In this document: one piece after another, positions 24,314 through 37,129 of the stretch | Layout of the letters: the number at the start of each line of letters is the position of its first letter | How positions within the stretch are numbered: position 1 is the stretch's first letter | Program-made: the position numbers and the translations under genes | Notes under the pieces: generated by a model | What the model was told of the DNA's origin: nothing | Databases searched by the model: none | What the model saw: the letters and a program-made list of their open reading frames with translations, nothing else | Assembly (NCBI GenBank): GCA_002256025.1 | Contig: NKIB01013746.1 | Location: forward strand, 1 to 52,300 | DNA: 52,300 nucleotides | Source of the DNA: Asterionella formosa | Taxonomy: Eukaryota | Direction of reading: 5' to 3'

Positions 24314-25500
24314 ATGACCGATGCATCCAATCCACAACCTTTTCTACTTCCAGCATTGAAACGCGCTCGTTTCTCCAATGATACTGAGCCAAATAAGACT
24401 CCAAACGCCGCGGGGCGTTTGGCCTCTTCAATCGGCATTGTGACGCTCCACCCAACATTGAAACAAATCGCAGAGTTTCATCTAAACAAATTCATGAAAC
24501 TTTACGCTCAACAAGTGAAACAAGAAGAAAACATCATAAAGCTGAATACAACAGACTTCTTACCACGCTAAATGAACGGCTGAAACTAATACATTTAAGG
24601 ACCTTTCCTCAGAAACCGACGCCATTGTTGCCTCTTTCTCTACAGCTATCAAAGAAAAAATTAAACTTACTGCAGCACTCGAACTCAAAACCACGAAGAC
24701 TGCAATTGCAACCCACATTCTTGATAGTCTAACTATCTTAGCTCAAGGAAGCATTCTAACAATCACCACAGAAAATACCATCTCTTATGAGATGATATTG
24801 GATGTTATTAATTCCGTCATGTGAAAACCAGCAATTCAAGAACTGGTCAACGCTGAAACAACAAATGCTGCAACCTATCTCTACAATCTCCTTTCCCCAA
24901 CAGGTTATACTCAAGACCAACTAGTGTACTGTCACAATCTGACTCACAAATCAACCTAAAGTCAACAATTAATGAAACAGTCATACCAACGTTCAAACAA
25001 TCAACTCTATAAATGTATGTCAATTCACACAACACGTTTGACAAAACAAACATAACCAATAAACAGAAACTCCGTATGGAATCCTTTGCCAAAATGACAC
25101 TCTTTGACAATACTGCCACACTAGCAACCATGGAATTCGACAAAGAACAAAGTATAGAACCTAATCATCTTTCTAAATCAATCAATGACAAAGTAAACAA
25201 AGCAACATTGTCAATGATGAAAAATTTTGCTAAATGAAGGGAAAAATCAAAAAACAACTCAAGAGGGGCAACTGTAACAATGCTAAAACATGGAAAGAAA
25301 CCTATAGCTAGACAAAACCACCAAGACGACTTCCAGAAAGAAAACCGACCAAAGCGCCTCACTAAAAAAGAAAAAACCAACCAGTCACAACAAAACTGTT
25401 GACTCAAACAAAAACAAAGCCGGTGTTATCGAATACCTCAACAGACAGCAAAAAATCCTCCAAATTATTGACATCATAGAAGAAGAAGAAATAGCCAAGA
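24314..25500 (+). pseudogene. ORF1 of the Penelope-like element (coiled-coil/basic), disrupted
   Basis: Starts MTDASNPQPFLLPALKRARFS 13 nt after the left repeat; same-strand fragments continue (KQKLRMESFAK...SKNNSRG) up to the RT; stops and frameshifts. Confidence 0.55.
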
Positions 25501-25589
25501 AACATCTTCAATGCATAAATTCCACTAAAAACGTATCCATCAGCAACCCAGAAAAATTTATATCCTATAACACAAACAAACTTCTTCAA

Positions 25590-27480
25590 AATTTACCGTC
25601 ATGGCTGTACTTCTCAAGACCAAATAACATTGCATATCACAACCTTACAGCATCTTCAGAAACAGCTCTACTCGGCATCAAATCGCTCCTTGGGCTAGGT
25701 CTAAATTTTTGCATAACGCCAGACATTTACCAAAAAGTCAAGATGTTGCTGTCAAAAGATTCAACTCAGACATATCAACGAAATTCTTCTCTGCAGGCTC
25801 TGAACCATTGCCCCCAACAAAACTCTTTATTCGTTCCAACTGCTGGTCACCTCCTCATAATGAGATTCCAGCCGAATTACGTGTAAGAATCGACACATTC
25901 AAACACACACTCCCAAGAATCTTTCAACAAAAACACCGTTGACCCAACCTCCTACCTTCACAACAAGCAGTACGCACTTGAGTCACTCAAAAACAATGAA
26001 AAACTCATTGTTGTCCGTTGTGATAAAAACCTCGGCCCAGCCATCATCAAATGATCTTGATACATTAACATGGCTGGCTCTCAACAATCACCTCTTGATC
26101 TTAAATAAAGATACTTATCAACTTTCTGAAAGACAAGCTGAAGGGAAGAATAAAGGCAATCACTAAAATGATGACAAATTTCATCCTGAAACACTTCAAA
26201 CCTAAGGAAACAACATCGACATTCCTAAAACGATCCCTACAAATATGACCCATTTGCGTACTTCTACCCTCCTGGCGAAAGTACATAAAACACCACTTAC
26301 AACTTGACCCATCATCAGTGTCAGTGGAAGCATCTGCCACAGTCTAGGTAAATTGGATTGATGTCACCCTTCAAAAAATAACTCAACATTTCCCATTTAC
26401 CCTCTCAAGTTCCTTTGAGCTTGTCCATGATAAATGCTCCATGAATAACGTTTCATCAACTGCAACCTTATTCACTATGGACGCAATTTCTATGTACACT
26501 AACATAGACAGCACAACCCATGCACTGACTGTCCGTCATTAATAAATTTCTACAAATCGACAGACCAGACATTTGCCTTAACGAAAATATAAACATTGAC
26601 ACTCTCATAAATGCGCTCGAAATCATCATGCGACACAATATATTCAATTTTGGCAATACATACTGGATCCAAACATCTGGAACAGCTATGGGAACACTCC
26701 TGGCACACATATGCTACCCTTTACTTTGCAATCCACGAAATACAAACCATCCCACAATTTCATCAAATAATTTTTTATCGAAGATGAAATCGAAGATATA
26801 TATTGACGATTGCTTTATAATCTGGGTCCCTACATCAACTAACCCAATCGAGGATCACAAATCATACAACTCCTTTATCAGTTTGATGAACAAATTTGGC
26901 ACACTCAAATGGAATGCAGAATCAAGAAAACTATCAACAACTTTCCTGGATCTACCATTTCTATCAACCTACACACCCGTTCTATTGATACAACATTATT
27001 CGAAAATCAATGAATCCTTATCTTTACATACTGCCACACAGCGCACACCCCCAGGGATCATCTCAGGTATTATTCAACGAATACGATCATACCACCTCAC
27101 TAAGGTTAAAAAAATATCAACCCTGCAATCCACTACTTTTACAGCCGCCTCCGAGCCAGAGGCTACCTTGCTAAAATCCTTACACCCATCTTTAATAAAT
27201 ACATCAAACAAGTTTACATATTAAAAAATCGGACACTAAAGAAACGGACAAGAATGCAGAACAATGTGTGTTCCCTACACATGCCATTCCCTTAACAACC
27301 CTCCCTCATCTCACAAATAACGTCTATTTCGAGCCACTATATTTTCCCCGAAGAAAGAACCACCGCTTACTTCACTACGGAATTTCTCAGAACACCACTG
27401 TACAATCCAACCGCTGATCATTGCCTATAATCGACCAAAAAATATCGGTAATTATACATCACCACGAAAACTGAGATCAA
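25590..27480 (+). pseudogene. PLE-type reverse transcriptase, disrupted
   Basis: RPNNIAYHNLT, SLLGLGLNFCITP, CDKNLGPAII, PIISVSGS, LFTMDAISMYTNID, NIFNFGNTYWIQTSGTAMGT, YIDDCFIIW, FLDL, HSAHPPG, and terminal IIAYNRPKNIGN. Confidence 0.9.
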
Positions 27481-27676
27481 CAATCACCCCAGTCAGTACT
27501 CACCTACTTACAACCCAAACTGATAGTGAACCGTTAGCATTACCATCAACTCGGTCTGTGCTCCTTTCCTCCACTGTCAACACCACTCAAATTCCAGGTG
27601 CACTTTCAAGACCCAAAATGTCTGTACAAACCCCCGCACACACCAGGACCAACAAAACAACCTTACAACAGATCCA

Positions 27677-27735
27677 TGCCAACTGATGAAGCCCCTTCAG
27701 GCGAAAAGTAAAATTAGTCTCATTACTTTTTGGCA
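27677..27735 (+). ncRNA. Type I hammerhead ribozyme, copy 2
   Basis: 59 nt identical to 24182-24240; predicted cut 27729/27730. Confidence 0.85.
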
Positions 27736-29384
27736 ACTTAAGTAGTCACCTCATCGTCGATGGATAATAGTCAATGTAGCTCTCATCTTCACCTAACAAA
27801 GGACAACACTCAAAATTTCTCCGCCTCAAACATCACTGCAATCAGTGCTCCTAAGTCCCTCCAAGTACTCACTGGACATCATACAACTGAAACAAGACCT
27901 GATTGCCCTTCAAGAACAAACAAAACATTGAGGGGACTAATATGACAACATAAATGAACAATAATAGCTAATACATTTATAATTCCAAGGAAAAATGGCG
28001 ACCCTAAACAACCATCAGTTTAATGGAATAAAACTAATGCAATGCATCATGTTTATGAATTTCGTCGTTGATATCATTGACTGCCCTAAGATTGAACATT
28101 TTTTGACAAAATTCTATGATCTAAGGCGTTCCCAGGCAATTTTCTGTCAAAAATATAAATACTGAAGCATTCATGTATGATCTTTTGTCCTTTCTAAAAA
28201 TGTTTCAGAACCTGTTCAAGAAACTATTCGTAGTCTCTTTTGTATAAATTTCTAGTGTCATATTTACAGTTTGACTATGGAATTCAGGTTTTTGAAAAAT
28301 TGAAAATAATCTCTTCTGCTTTGCCCCTCATTCATTTCCATTTGAATAAATTAACAAAAATAATGCTCCAAAAAATCCTCTCAAAATGCAATAAAATCGA
28401 AGGAAAAATCCAAGATAATTGAAGAATATTGGCTTTGAAAATTCCAAAACATGTTGGGTATTTGCTAATCATGCAATGAAATAAAGCAATCCTTGTACAA
28501 AATGAATCGCAATATATCATGTTGAATGTGGCTTTGTAAAGTCACAGAAAGACCATTAACAAGAAAAGATCAATCATTTTCTTATGTAAAATATATTTTA
28601 TATGTATTCTGTACTAAATTCATAAAATGAATTGGTTTCTTTTACTTTAAACATGATTTTTGGAGGATGAACTTCATACATTTATTGTTCTTAAACAAGC
28701 TAGCTATTTGGAAATACATTTCTTTTCCAATTGTTAAATCTATTTTATGCTTAAATTATGGGTTACACAATCGAATCTGAGAAGTTCACTTTGTGAAGTT
28801 CACACAATTACCTGAGATTATTGATATGTTTTTTAAATTTGCCATTTCTTCTATATATCGTCTCACTGCTAGTTGCCGACATTTTTCTTACATCACGATC
28901 TAGACATACTAGATGTCGGCGGCTGCTTTTCAATTTATCGGAATGATATGATTGCCCTCACTTTAAATGGTTGCCTTCCATCCGTGGTAAATATGTTTTG
29001 GCTCAAGATTTTGTCTTGCTGGAATGAAAAGCAGAACAAGAAGGATTTGAGATTTTTCCAACATACGATTATGACTTCCAGGGAAGTATGATAAGAAACG
29101 CAAGGTTATCTAAATGGCGAAACGACCAGCAATAGCAAGTTTAGTCAACCAAATACTCTAGCTCAAAGTTGCTACTGTCATAGGCCTACTACCTTGTCAG
29201 CAATCAATCAACGATCGATCAACAAGCATGATCAAAGTATGTGAGTGCAATCAATTAACTTAGTTTCTATCGCAGGTGTATTCAAATTAACACTCATACT
29301 AAGTTTTAATTTGTACTTACATATGAATTTAGCTTTGAAATGGCGAAATATCGAGCAATAGCAAGTACAGTCAACCAAATACTC

Positions 29385-29835
29385 TGTTGAAAAGGTCCGT
29401 ACTCCTTCCCGCGGGCTGGGTCTCTCTTAACATGGACTCTTATGTGCTCGTAGTACTACCTAGTACCACTTACTTTCTCTCTCTTCTATGCTTCTAGCCT
29501 TCCTGCTAGATAGACTGATTGACCTTCTTGTCAATTAACAAACTCTTACCTCGATTGATAATCTAAAATTAAATTAAAAGCAAACGAACTGTTTCCTTTC
29601 CATGCATCTTTGCTTCCCACAAAGTCGTTCTAAGACTCTCTTTGAGTTTCCACTTGACATATCCATATAAATCTTCAATCTTTGATCTCGTTAGATAGCT
29701 GATTGACGTGGCAATGCAATAATCGACTCGTTCGATTACAATCGAGTCCACAATCCTTGTGACTCGGGCTAATATTCTTGACAATATATCTTTGAAAGTG
29801 ATTGGGAAAGTAGAGACCTCTCAATTTGGCGACGC
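29385..29835 (+). mobile_element. Probable LTR (TG...CA, ~439 bp) followed by a PBS-like TGGCGAC
   Basis: Begins TGTTGAAAAGGTC and ends GACCTCTCA (imperfect inverted termini); internal TATAAA; followed by ATTTGGCGAC. No TSD or internal domain seen. Confidence 0.4.
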
Positions 29836-32800
29836 AAGAGAAGTGTTATTTGTGGAGTCAATGCATCTTCAGTTTTTATGTTTGTAATGGCATCAAATAT
29901 ACTGTATATGCTTAAGATTGTGATCAATTATAGTGCCATTTTCACCCGTTTGTTTTCTCATGCTATGGTCCAATTCCAGAAATTTCGCACCATCACGAAA
30001 ATAATGCATATGTGCACCCTTAGTGTCTCGTCCAACAATGTAACGAACTCGTTCACATTATCATGATGTGGGCGAATGATTCTATCAAGCGCGCAATTCG
30101 GGGCCTACAATGATGAAAGAAACAACGGTCGCCATCGACATTTTTACAAGACCTGATGAGCTTGATAATATTTACGTAATTGCGTGTTAAGGTTAGGGAT
30201 AAATTCATGGTTTCGGGGGAAGTGACCCGTCCATAGTAAAATTGACTTAAAAGTATAGAAAAAGTTGTTAAGGTGTTTTTTAATTTAGACAGCTGATATC
30301 CACCATAAGTATAAATAACTATTGAATATATACCTCAACCAGATTTTTGAATTTTCCTTCATTTATTAATCATTTTTATAGCGCATTCTTACTATTCTGT
30401 TGTTTCTAGAGTTCCCGTCGTTGCGCGCCATGGCCCATATAAGGTAGGGCGGTGGAAAGGTTTGGGTGGTAGTCACTTCCTCATGTGGAAGTGGTTTAAA
30501 AAATTGTGGTAGCTTTGTTCTTGGTTCAGTTCTCTATGACTGCACTTCTCATGTCACACCAGCCTGAGAATTGGATGGTGAGTGTGGATTGGGTCAAAGT
30601 TTTCCATTTTTGCCCCACTTCTGGTGGTTCAATTTGAAGTACCCATCAATTTTAGTGATTCCAGCCAGGGCTTCCCACCTCATGGTTTTTTGTCTGTGTC
30701 TTCGTTGTCTTTTTCTTTGTTGTTGTCAATGTTTAAAAAGCACATCGCCATTCTTTTTTCTTCTTCTTGCACTGTAATATAGCGCTCCCTGCAGTGAAAA
30801 GGGGGTTAAACTTCTTCTTTTTCTCTTCTTTTGGTCTGTTGCTCTGTCTTTGCCTGGGTTCTTCTTCTGTTTGCGTTGTGTTGAATACCATTGCCATGAA
30901 TTCCCCAACTAGGAGTGTTTGTGGCTTTCATGCCGGTTTATGACACTGCGGACAAGAATGGCAGACGAGGTTCATCTTGATAGCAACGATACTCTTTGAA
31001 ACGGGAACCTTTGCTTGCTATAATGTCCTCTCCAAACATAAAATTGTTTCATAGCTTTAAGTTTTATGGCATCTTTCTTCTTAATCATTTGGACATGCCT
31101 GGCTACAACCAAAACTGGACCCCTGCTCGTCATTACTTTCATGCGCTGTTCAGATCCTCCTCTGTTCCTTCACCTTCCACAATCTTCTTAATACAGTAAA
31201 TATCAAGAACTTCTATCAATCGTCCAAGAGAAACCCACACCCAAAATACGCATTACCCACCCCAAGACAAACCCCCATGGAACCCAAATGACAGCCGTGC
31301 CAAAAAAATGTATTGGTAGTAATTAGAAAGGCATAGTGACTTTCATGCCGGCTTATGACACTGCGGACAACGTCTGCAAATAAAAAGTATCATGCATATA
31401 TGATCAAGGGTATTGTATGCTAAGTGGCACAGGATTTTCGTATTTCTGATAATTTCTGGATCAAAACTATGATCAAGGGTATCCTATAACTATGATGATT
31501 TTATTAATATTTTACGGACCTCCTTGAAGTGTAATGAACATTATCATCACACAATGTATATCAACTGATCAACAACACTTCTCATCAATTTCAAAAACCT
31601 TCTCACATTATTTTCACTTCTCGTGATCGCCAAATGTAAATTATTACTACAACGCATCCTAAAATCAGCTCAATTCTATGCTATCATGTGAATTGTTTCA
31701 TTGTGAATCTATCGTAAACATGATCATAATTCTAATCACAAGCATTGTTCAAAATAGATTGAAATGGATCAAATTTTAATTAACAAAATTTAATGATAGT
31801 ATTTCTGTTTTGACAGCTACCCAAGGAATGTTTCTCTCCTCTCAACTCGTCTCAATGTATATATTCCTGTCTCGCCCTTTTTCCCTCTATTTTGAATCTT
31901 GTGCCAAGTAGTGCCTTACTAATGTTGCATCTCTTTCCCTGCTGTTAGTGTCATTCTGAACTCGCCGACTATTCCATTGTTTGATTGGTTTTATTGTCCT
32001 ATGCAGTTACAGTAACAATGAGAAGGAATGACTTGTTAGCTAGACATGTTACACTGACACAACATCATGCCATTCCATCATATTCCTCTTGCTTGCTTCA
32101 CTTGCCAAAAATCAAAGCAAGTGATGCATAAGTCTGCAATAGTAAATTGTCAGTAAATTCTTGAATAAGTAAGTTTCAGGTATCCAATGTTGTCGAATAA
32201 AACTTACCAATTCATTTTCGTTTGCTTAACTTTGAGAGAAGGTAAACGTGTCTATCAGTTATGTTCCAACTGAAGTGAATAGGTCCAACGACAAGAGCAC
32301 TTATCAATTTTGTTTTGTTTTACATCGGTGCTCCCCAACAAGCGAAACAAGCTATTGAATCAACTGAGAAAAAAGGAAATGTTTGTTTAGTTTACAATTT
32401 GTTGTTGTCCTGCCTCCCAATAATTGTCATCCAAGGACCACATATGATGGCTTCATTATCTTAAACATCTTAAACATACTCCATCCTTCGAAGGCGCAAT
32501 GTGTCGAAGCCACAATGTTTTTCGTTATTGCATAACTTTCCTTTCTTGCCATGTGCTTTACTACGATATTTCTTTTCATGAAGCAGGCATTGTTTGCTAA
32601 CATGACAGAACGATTTCAAATATATTTTGCCATGTATATAGTTATAAAATTTGTAAATATATAAATATATCAAGTGTTGTGCATTTATAAAATTCAAAGA
32701 CACTCTCAATATGGCATGTCCGGTAGTATTGTTGAGATGATCATATTCGCATATAGATAATTCGAAAATTGTGCATTGAATTTCCATGAGTTCGTGTACC

Positions 32801-33048
32801 AGTACTGTTTCTGAAATTTTTTTGCATCAATATTTTCTACATCCGTTGGAACTAATTATTTACCGGCAGACCATTCAATTGGTGTAAGTCATAACCCATT
32901 TGTATCATTATTTATATGCAAGGATTTTGGTAGCTAGTTATTTAAGCCCCTTTTTTGGGCGGGAGTTCTTCATGTCTACATCATATGACAATAACATTTT
33001 ATCATATATATATACAGAGTACCAGTAGCAGGTAGGAAGTGATATACT

Positions 33049-33396
33049 GGGGGTAGTCGGAGTAGTAAGTGATCAACAGAACACCAAATGTTCAGGACTG
33101 TTGCTACTGCAGTGGGACAGTAAATTATCATAGTTTCAGGATTGTATGATCCTAAAATTGAAAAGGGATAGTCGGAGAAGTAAGTGATCAACAGAACACC
33201 AAATGTTCAGGACTGTTGCTACTGCAGTGGGACAGTAAATTATCATAGTTTCAGGATCTTATGATCGTAAAATTGAAAGGGGGTAGTCGGAGTAGTACTA
33301 AGCAAGCAACAGAACACCATATGTTCAGGACTGTTGCTACTACAGTGGGACAGTAAATCCTCATAGTTCAGAATTGTATGATCGTAAAATTGAAAA
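33049..33396 (+). repeat. Tandem repeat, 115 bp x 3
   Basis: TAGTCGGAG at 33054, 33169 and 33284; units near-identical. Confidence 0.95.
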
Positions 33397-34849
33397 CAAG
33401 ATCTGCTATTACTCAAACTCGGTTCTGATTTTGTATATGATAATGTAAATAGCACTGTTGGTCTTATGGTATCATATCTAGACAGCGTAATATATTATTT
33501 GTAGTGCGTGGCTGATGATATTGATGACTTTATTAGGTGGGCGTTCACGCTTTATCGTTTTGCGCAGTCAAAGGACATTGACAGGGGAAGTCAATGATAC
33601 CAAGTCTGGCGTGATGTTCTTGCTCCAGTGTATTTTATAGGCAGGACAAGCTGTGCATGGAGAACCATTTCTAGCAGGAGAAAAATCTGGTTTGACCAAA
33701 TTTCAACTTAGTCTTCGGGCATAGTGTGAATTGCAATCACGTTTTGTTGGCTTGCTGATAAATGATAGTACAGAAGCATTGTGCTTCTTGGTGCTGAAAG
33801 GAAAATCCGATTGCAACAAAAATATTTGGATTTCAATCCACATATCCATGAAATTTCAGAGAACGATATTCGTCATTCTACTGATTTCGTCGACATTGGT
33901 GGGAAACCACTTATCAAAAAGTGTGAGGGAAGAAAGTTCAGTTTCAAATGGTCTCACTGATCAATGGACTGATGATTTACTCGTTTATTATAAGGAAATC
34001 TACACTGGACTTTCACAAAAGAATCGATCTGAATATGAAAAGAGTCCTAGTGGAATTGCTACTTCCACAACAAATATCATCTACCCACACTCATACTTCT
34101 CATTTCCCAACGTAAGTGATTAGGATATGCATCAATATGTTGAACCACTTCAACCAAATGTTCCTGAGAAGAATATTGATTACAATGACCGCTTTAATCA
34201 ACGGGACATTGATTCACGATGTTGATTTTGAATGGATCTAATAGAATCCATTGCATACTTAGTTACATGATAAATATAGTTAGTATGAGGCTTCTACAGC
34301 CAATGCAAACAATATCATAGATGTTAAGAAAACATTGACGCTGCTTTATACTGCTAGTAGTGCCGCCTGTACCATATGTAGTGGCACACCTCCTCCATTT
34401 TTACTACTATGGTGGAGTGATAATTTCACGACTCTGTATTGTGGTCAAGCATAGCATGTTTTTAGTGAAGCCAAATTTATTATTATTTATTCATTTTCAT
34501 CCTATCCTGTTCATATCCTGACTTGGTCATCATTTGAAATTTGCAATGTCTTTGCGGACATTGCAATGGTGTTATCTGTGTGACTACAAATTTCGGAAGA
34601 ACAAATCCCCATCTGAATCTCACAATCGAAATTGTAGCAACCGTATTTTTATGCATATGGTCAGTGTTGACATTGCATGCAAGAACATCGAGTTCCTGGA
34701 ATACATAATGAAACTATGTATTATGTGTCCTTTTTTTGAATCAAGTGGCCATAATCATCCATTTCATGACAACAGCGATGATTCAGTATATAACAATATT
34801 CAGTCACAACCAGACAAACAATTGAGACTAAAAACTCTCCAATGATTGA

Positions 34850-35540
34850 ATGCAGAAACCATGCAAAATTCAGATCTCAACAAGATCACACCGGCTTTCT
34901 CCCTGAAAATGCAATGGAAATGCCCCTTCCTCCTCAATTTCAACTTCCAAATAAACATTCTCTAAGCATGTGCGCATCCAATCGTCTTAGAACTCATGTT
35001 ATTCCTTAACGAGAATTAACTTCCACCAGATTAATTCGATCATCTAATGAAATGGCTGATCAAGGCAAAATCATTGAAATATTTTGATGGAAGGTATCAA
35101 GCTCCATCCTACCAGAATTTGAAGAAACGCATGGATGCTTCATTTCCACCAACTGTTGCTTGACCAAACAAATACAGATTGACAACAATTCAAACATGGT
35201 AATCCCACGCACACTCCATTATTTCGAACCAGTACAGCTCATGGCAGGATTGCCACGCAATTCCGATATCATGCAACATTTTGTAGGTCACCCACAACTG
35301 AAACTTACAACTTGTGGAGAATGCATATATGACGAAGTAACTTCCGCAACTTACCTAATTTGAGCTGAATTCTCAATAAAATTGGCTTGATTGGCAACAA
35401 AATCGGCATCAAAGGAGGGGTCATTGACGCAACCATCTTCCTTTTTCGATGTGTTATCAACATTCTTTTCTCCACCTTTTTTACAGCATCATCACAAGCA
35501 AACTCATATTCAACTTCGCTTGCCTTCTTGTTTGCCTCAT
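34850..35540 (-). pseudogene. Possible decayed N-terminal (HTH/CENP-B-like) part of the pogo-like transposase
   Basis: Directly follows satellite B reading inward; fragments such as SVRG...KQQLVEMK and LRECLF...LRRKGISI faintly resemble pogo HTH domains. Confidence 0.3.
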
Positions 35541-36815
35541 CAGGATGGTTTGTAAATATTCGGTGCTTGCTGTGGACTGCTGCATGACCAGTGCTGTTGC
35601 AAAGGAAATTCCGAACCATCTTGCTCCACCATTTTGAGGCTGATTTCTATCTACTAGTATAGTATTCGATGTACGCGAGATCAATGCCGTCATGTCGAAT
35701 GTCGATGTTCTCAGAATGAACATATATTGATCAAATTGGTCATCAGGATGGTGTGTAAAATTTCGGTGCTTACTGTGAACTTACCATCAGTGCTGTGGCA
35801 ACAAAAATTCCAAACCATCTTTCTAAACCAATATAAGGCCGATTTATATCCAGCGTAGAATTCGATGTACACGAGGTCAGTGCCATCATTTCCATACCTC
35901 CTTTCTCCACAAATTTAAAGCCGACTTTTATCCAACATAGTATTTGATGTACATGAGATCAATGCTGTCATTTTGAACGTCGATATTCTCAGAACAAATA
36001 TATATTGATCAAAGGAGACGTCAGGATGCATGTGTTGATTTGCTGTGCTTGTGGACTGATCATCAGTGCTGTGGCAACAAAAATTCCAAACCACCTTTCT
36101 CCACCAATTTAAGGCCGATTTCAATCCAGCATAGCATTCGATGTACACGAGATCACTGCCGTCATTTCGAATATCGATATTCTCAAAACGAACATACATT
36201 GATCAAATTGGTCATCAGAATGGTGCGTAAAATTTCGGTGTTTGCTGTGCTGGACTGCTGCATGACCAGTGCTGTTCCAACAAAAATTCCAAACCATCTT
36301 GCTCCACCATTTTAAGGCTTATTTCTTTCCAGCATAGATTTTGATGTTCACGAGATCAATGTCGTCATGGCCAATGTCGATATTCTGAAAACGAACATAT
36401 ACTGATCAAAGGAGGCACCCGGATGCGTAAATTTTCGGATGCTTGTGGACTGATCATCAGTGCTGTGGCAACAAAAATTCCAAATCATCTTTCTCCACCA
36501 ATTTAAGGCCCATTTATATCCAGCATAGTATTCGATGTACATGAGATCAATGCCGTTATGGCGACTGTTGATTTTCTGAGAACGAACATAAAAGGAGGTA
36601 TCAAGATGTGTAAATTTTGAAAATTTTCGGTGATGGTTGACTGATATGATCAATGCTGTAGAAACGAAAATTCAAAATCATCTTTCTTTCTCCACCAACT
36701 TAAGGCCGATTTCTATCCAGCATAGTATTCCATGTACAAAGGATCAATGCCATCAAGGCGAATGTAGAAATACTCATAATGAACATATATTGATCAGAGG
36801 AGGCATCAGGATGTG
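35540..36815 (-). repeat. Satellite B, inverted, ~6.5 copies
   Basis: GATCAAATTGGTCATCAGGATG and GATCAAAGGAGGCATCAGGATG units. Confidence 0.95.
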
Positions 36816-37129
36816 TAGATGGCGATTGTGGCACTTCTCATTTTTGATTTACTACCATACTAGGATGTGCTAGTATGCCGTGATGATAGTTAGTACATCA
36901 GCAGGGGCGCACCAAAACTCAAAGCTATTATTTTCTACCAAATTGCATCCATCTACTAAACTGCTAAGAGTTTTATTGGTCAAATCAGACATCAGCAAAT
37001 ATTTTGGGAGTGCATTGACTGGTGGTGTACAGAAAAAGTGCGAAATATTGCAAAAATACAGGTTAGCTATGGAGTGGTTGATTTCAATGAAGTTGATAGC
37101 CCTCATCTCCTTGGCCCTTGCCTTTACGA

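Larger units (their letters stand above)
24091..27796 (+). mobile_element. Penelope-like retroelement, endonuclease-less (Coprina-like), with ~210-bp direct terminal repeats
   Basis: Direct repeats 24091-24301 and 27590-27796, each with a hammerhead; internal ORF1 and PLE-type RT; no GIY-YIG motif seen after the RT. Confidence 0.85.

Noticed and set aside
30188..30198. TTAAGGTTAGGG and scattered CCCTAA as telomeric repeats
   Set aside because: Single hexamers, not arrays, and not at the PLE junctions.
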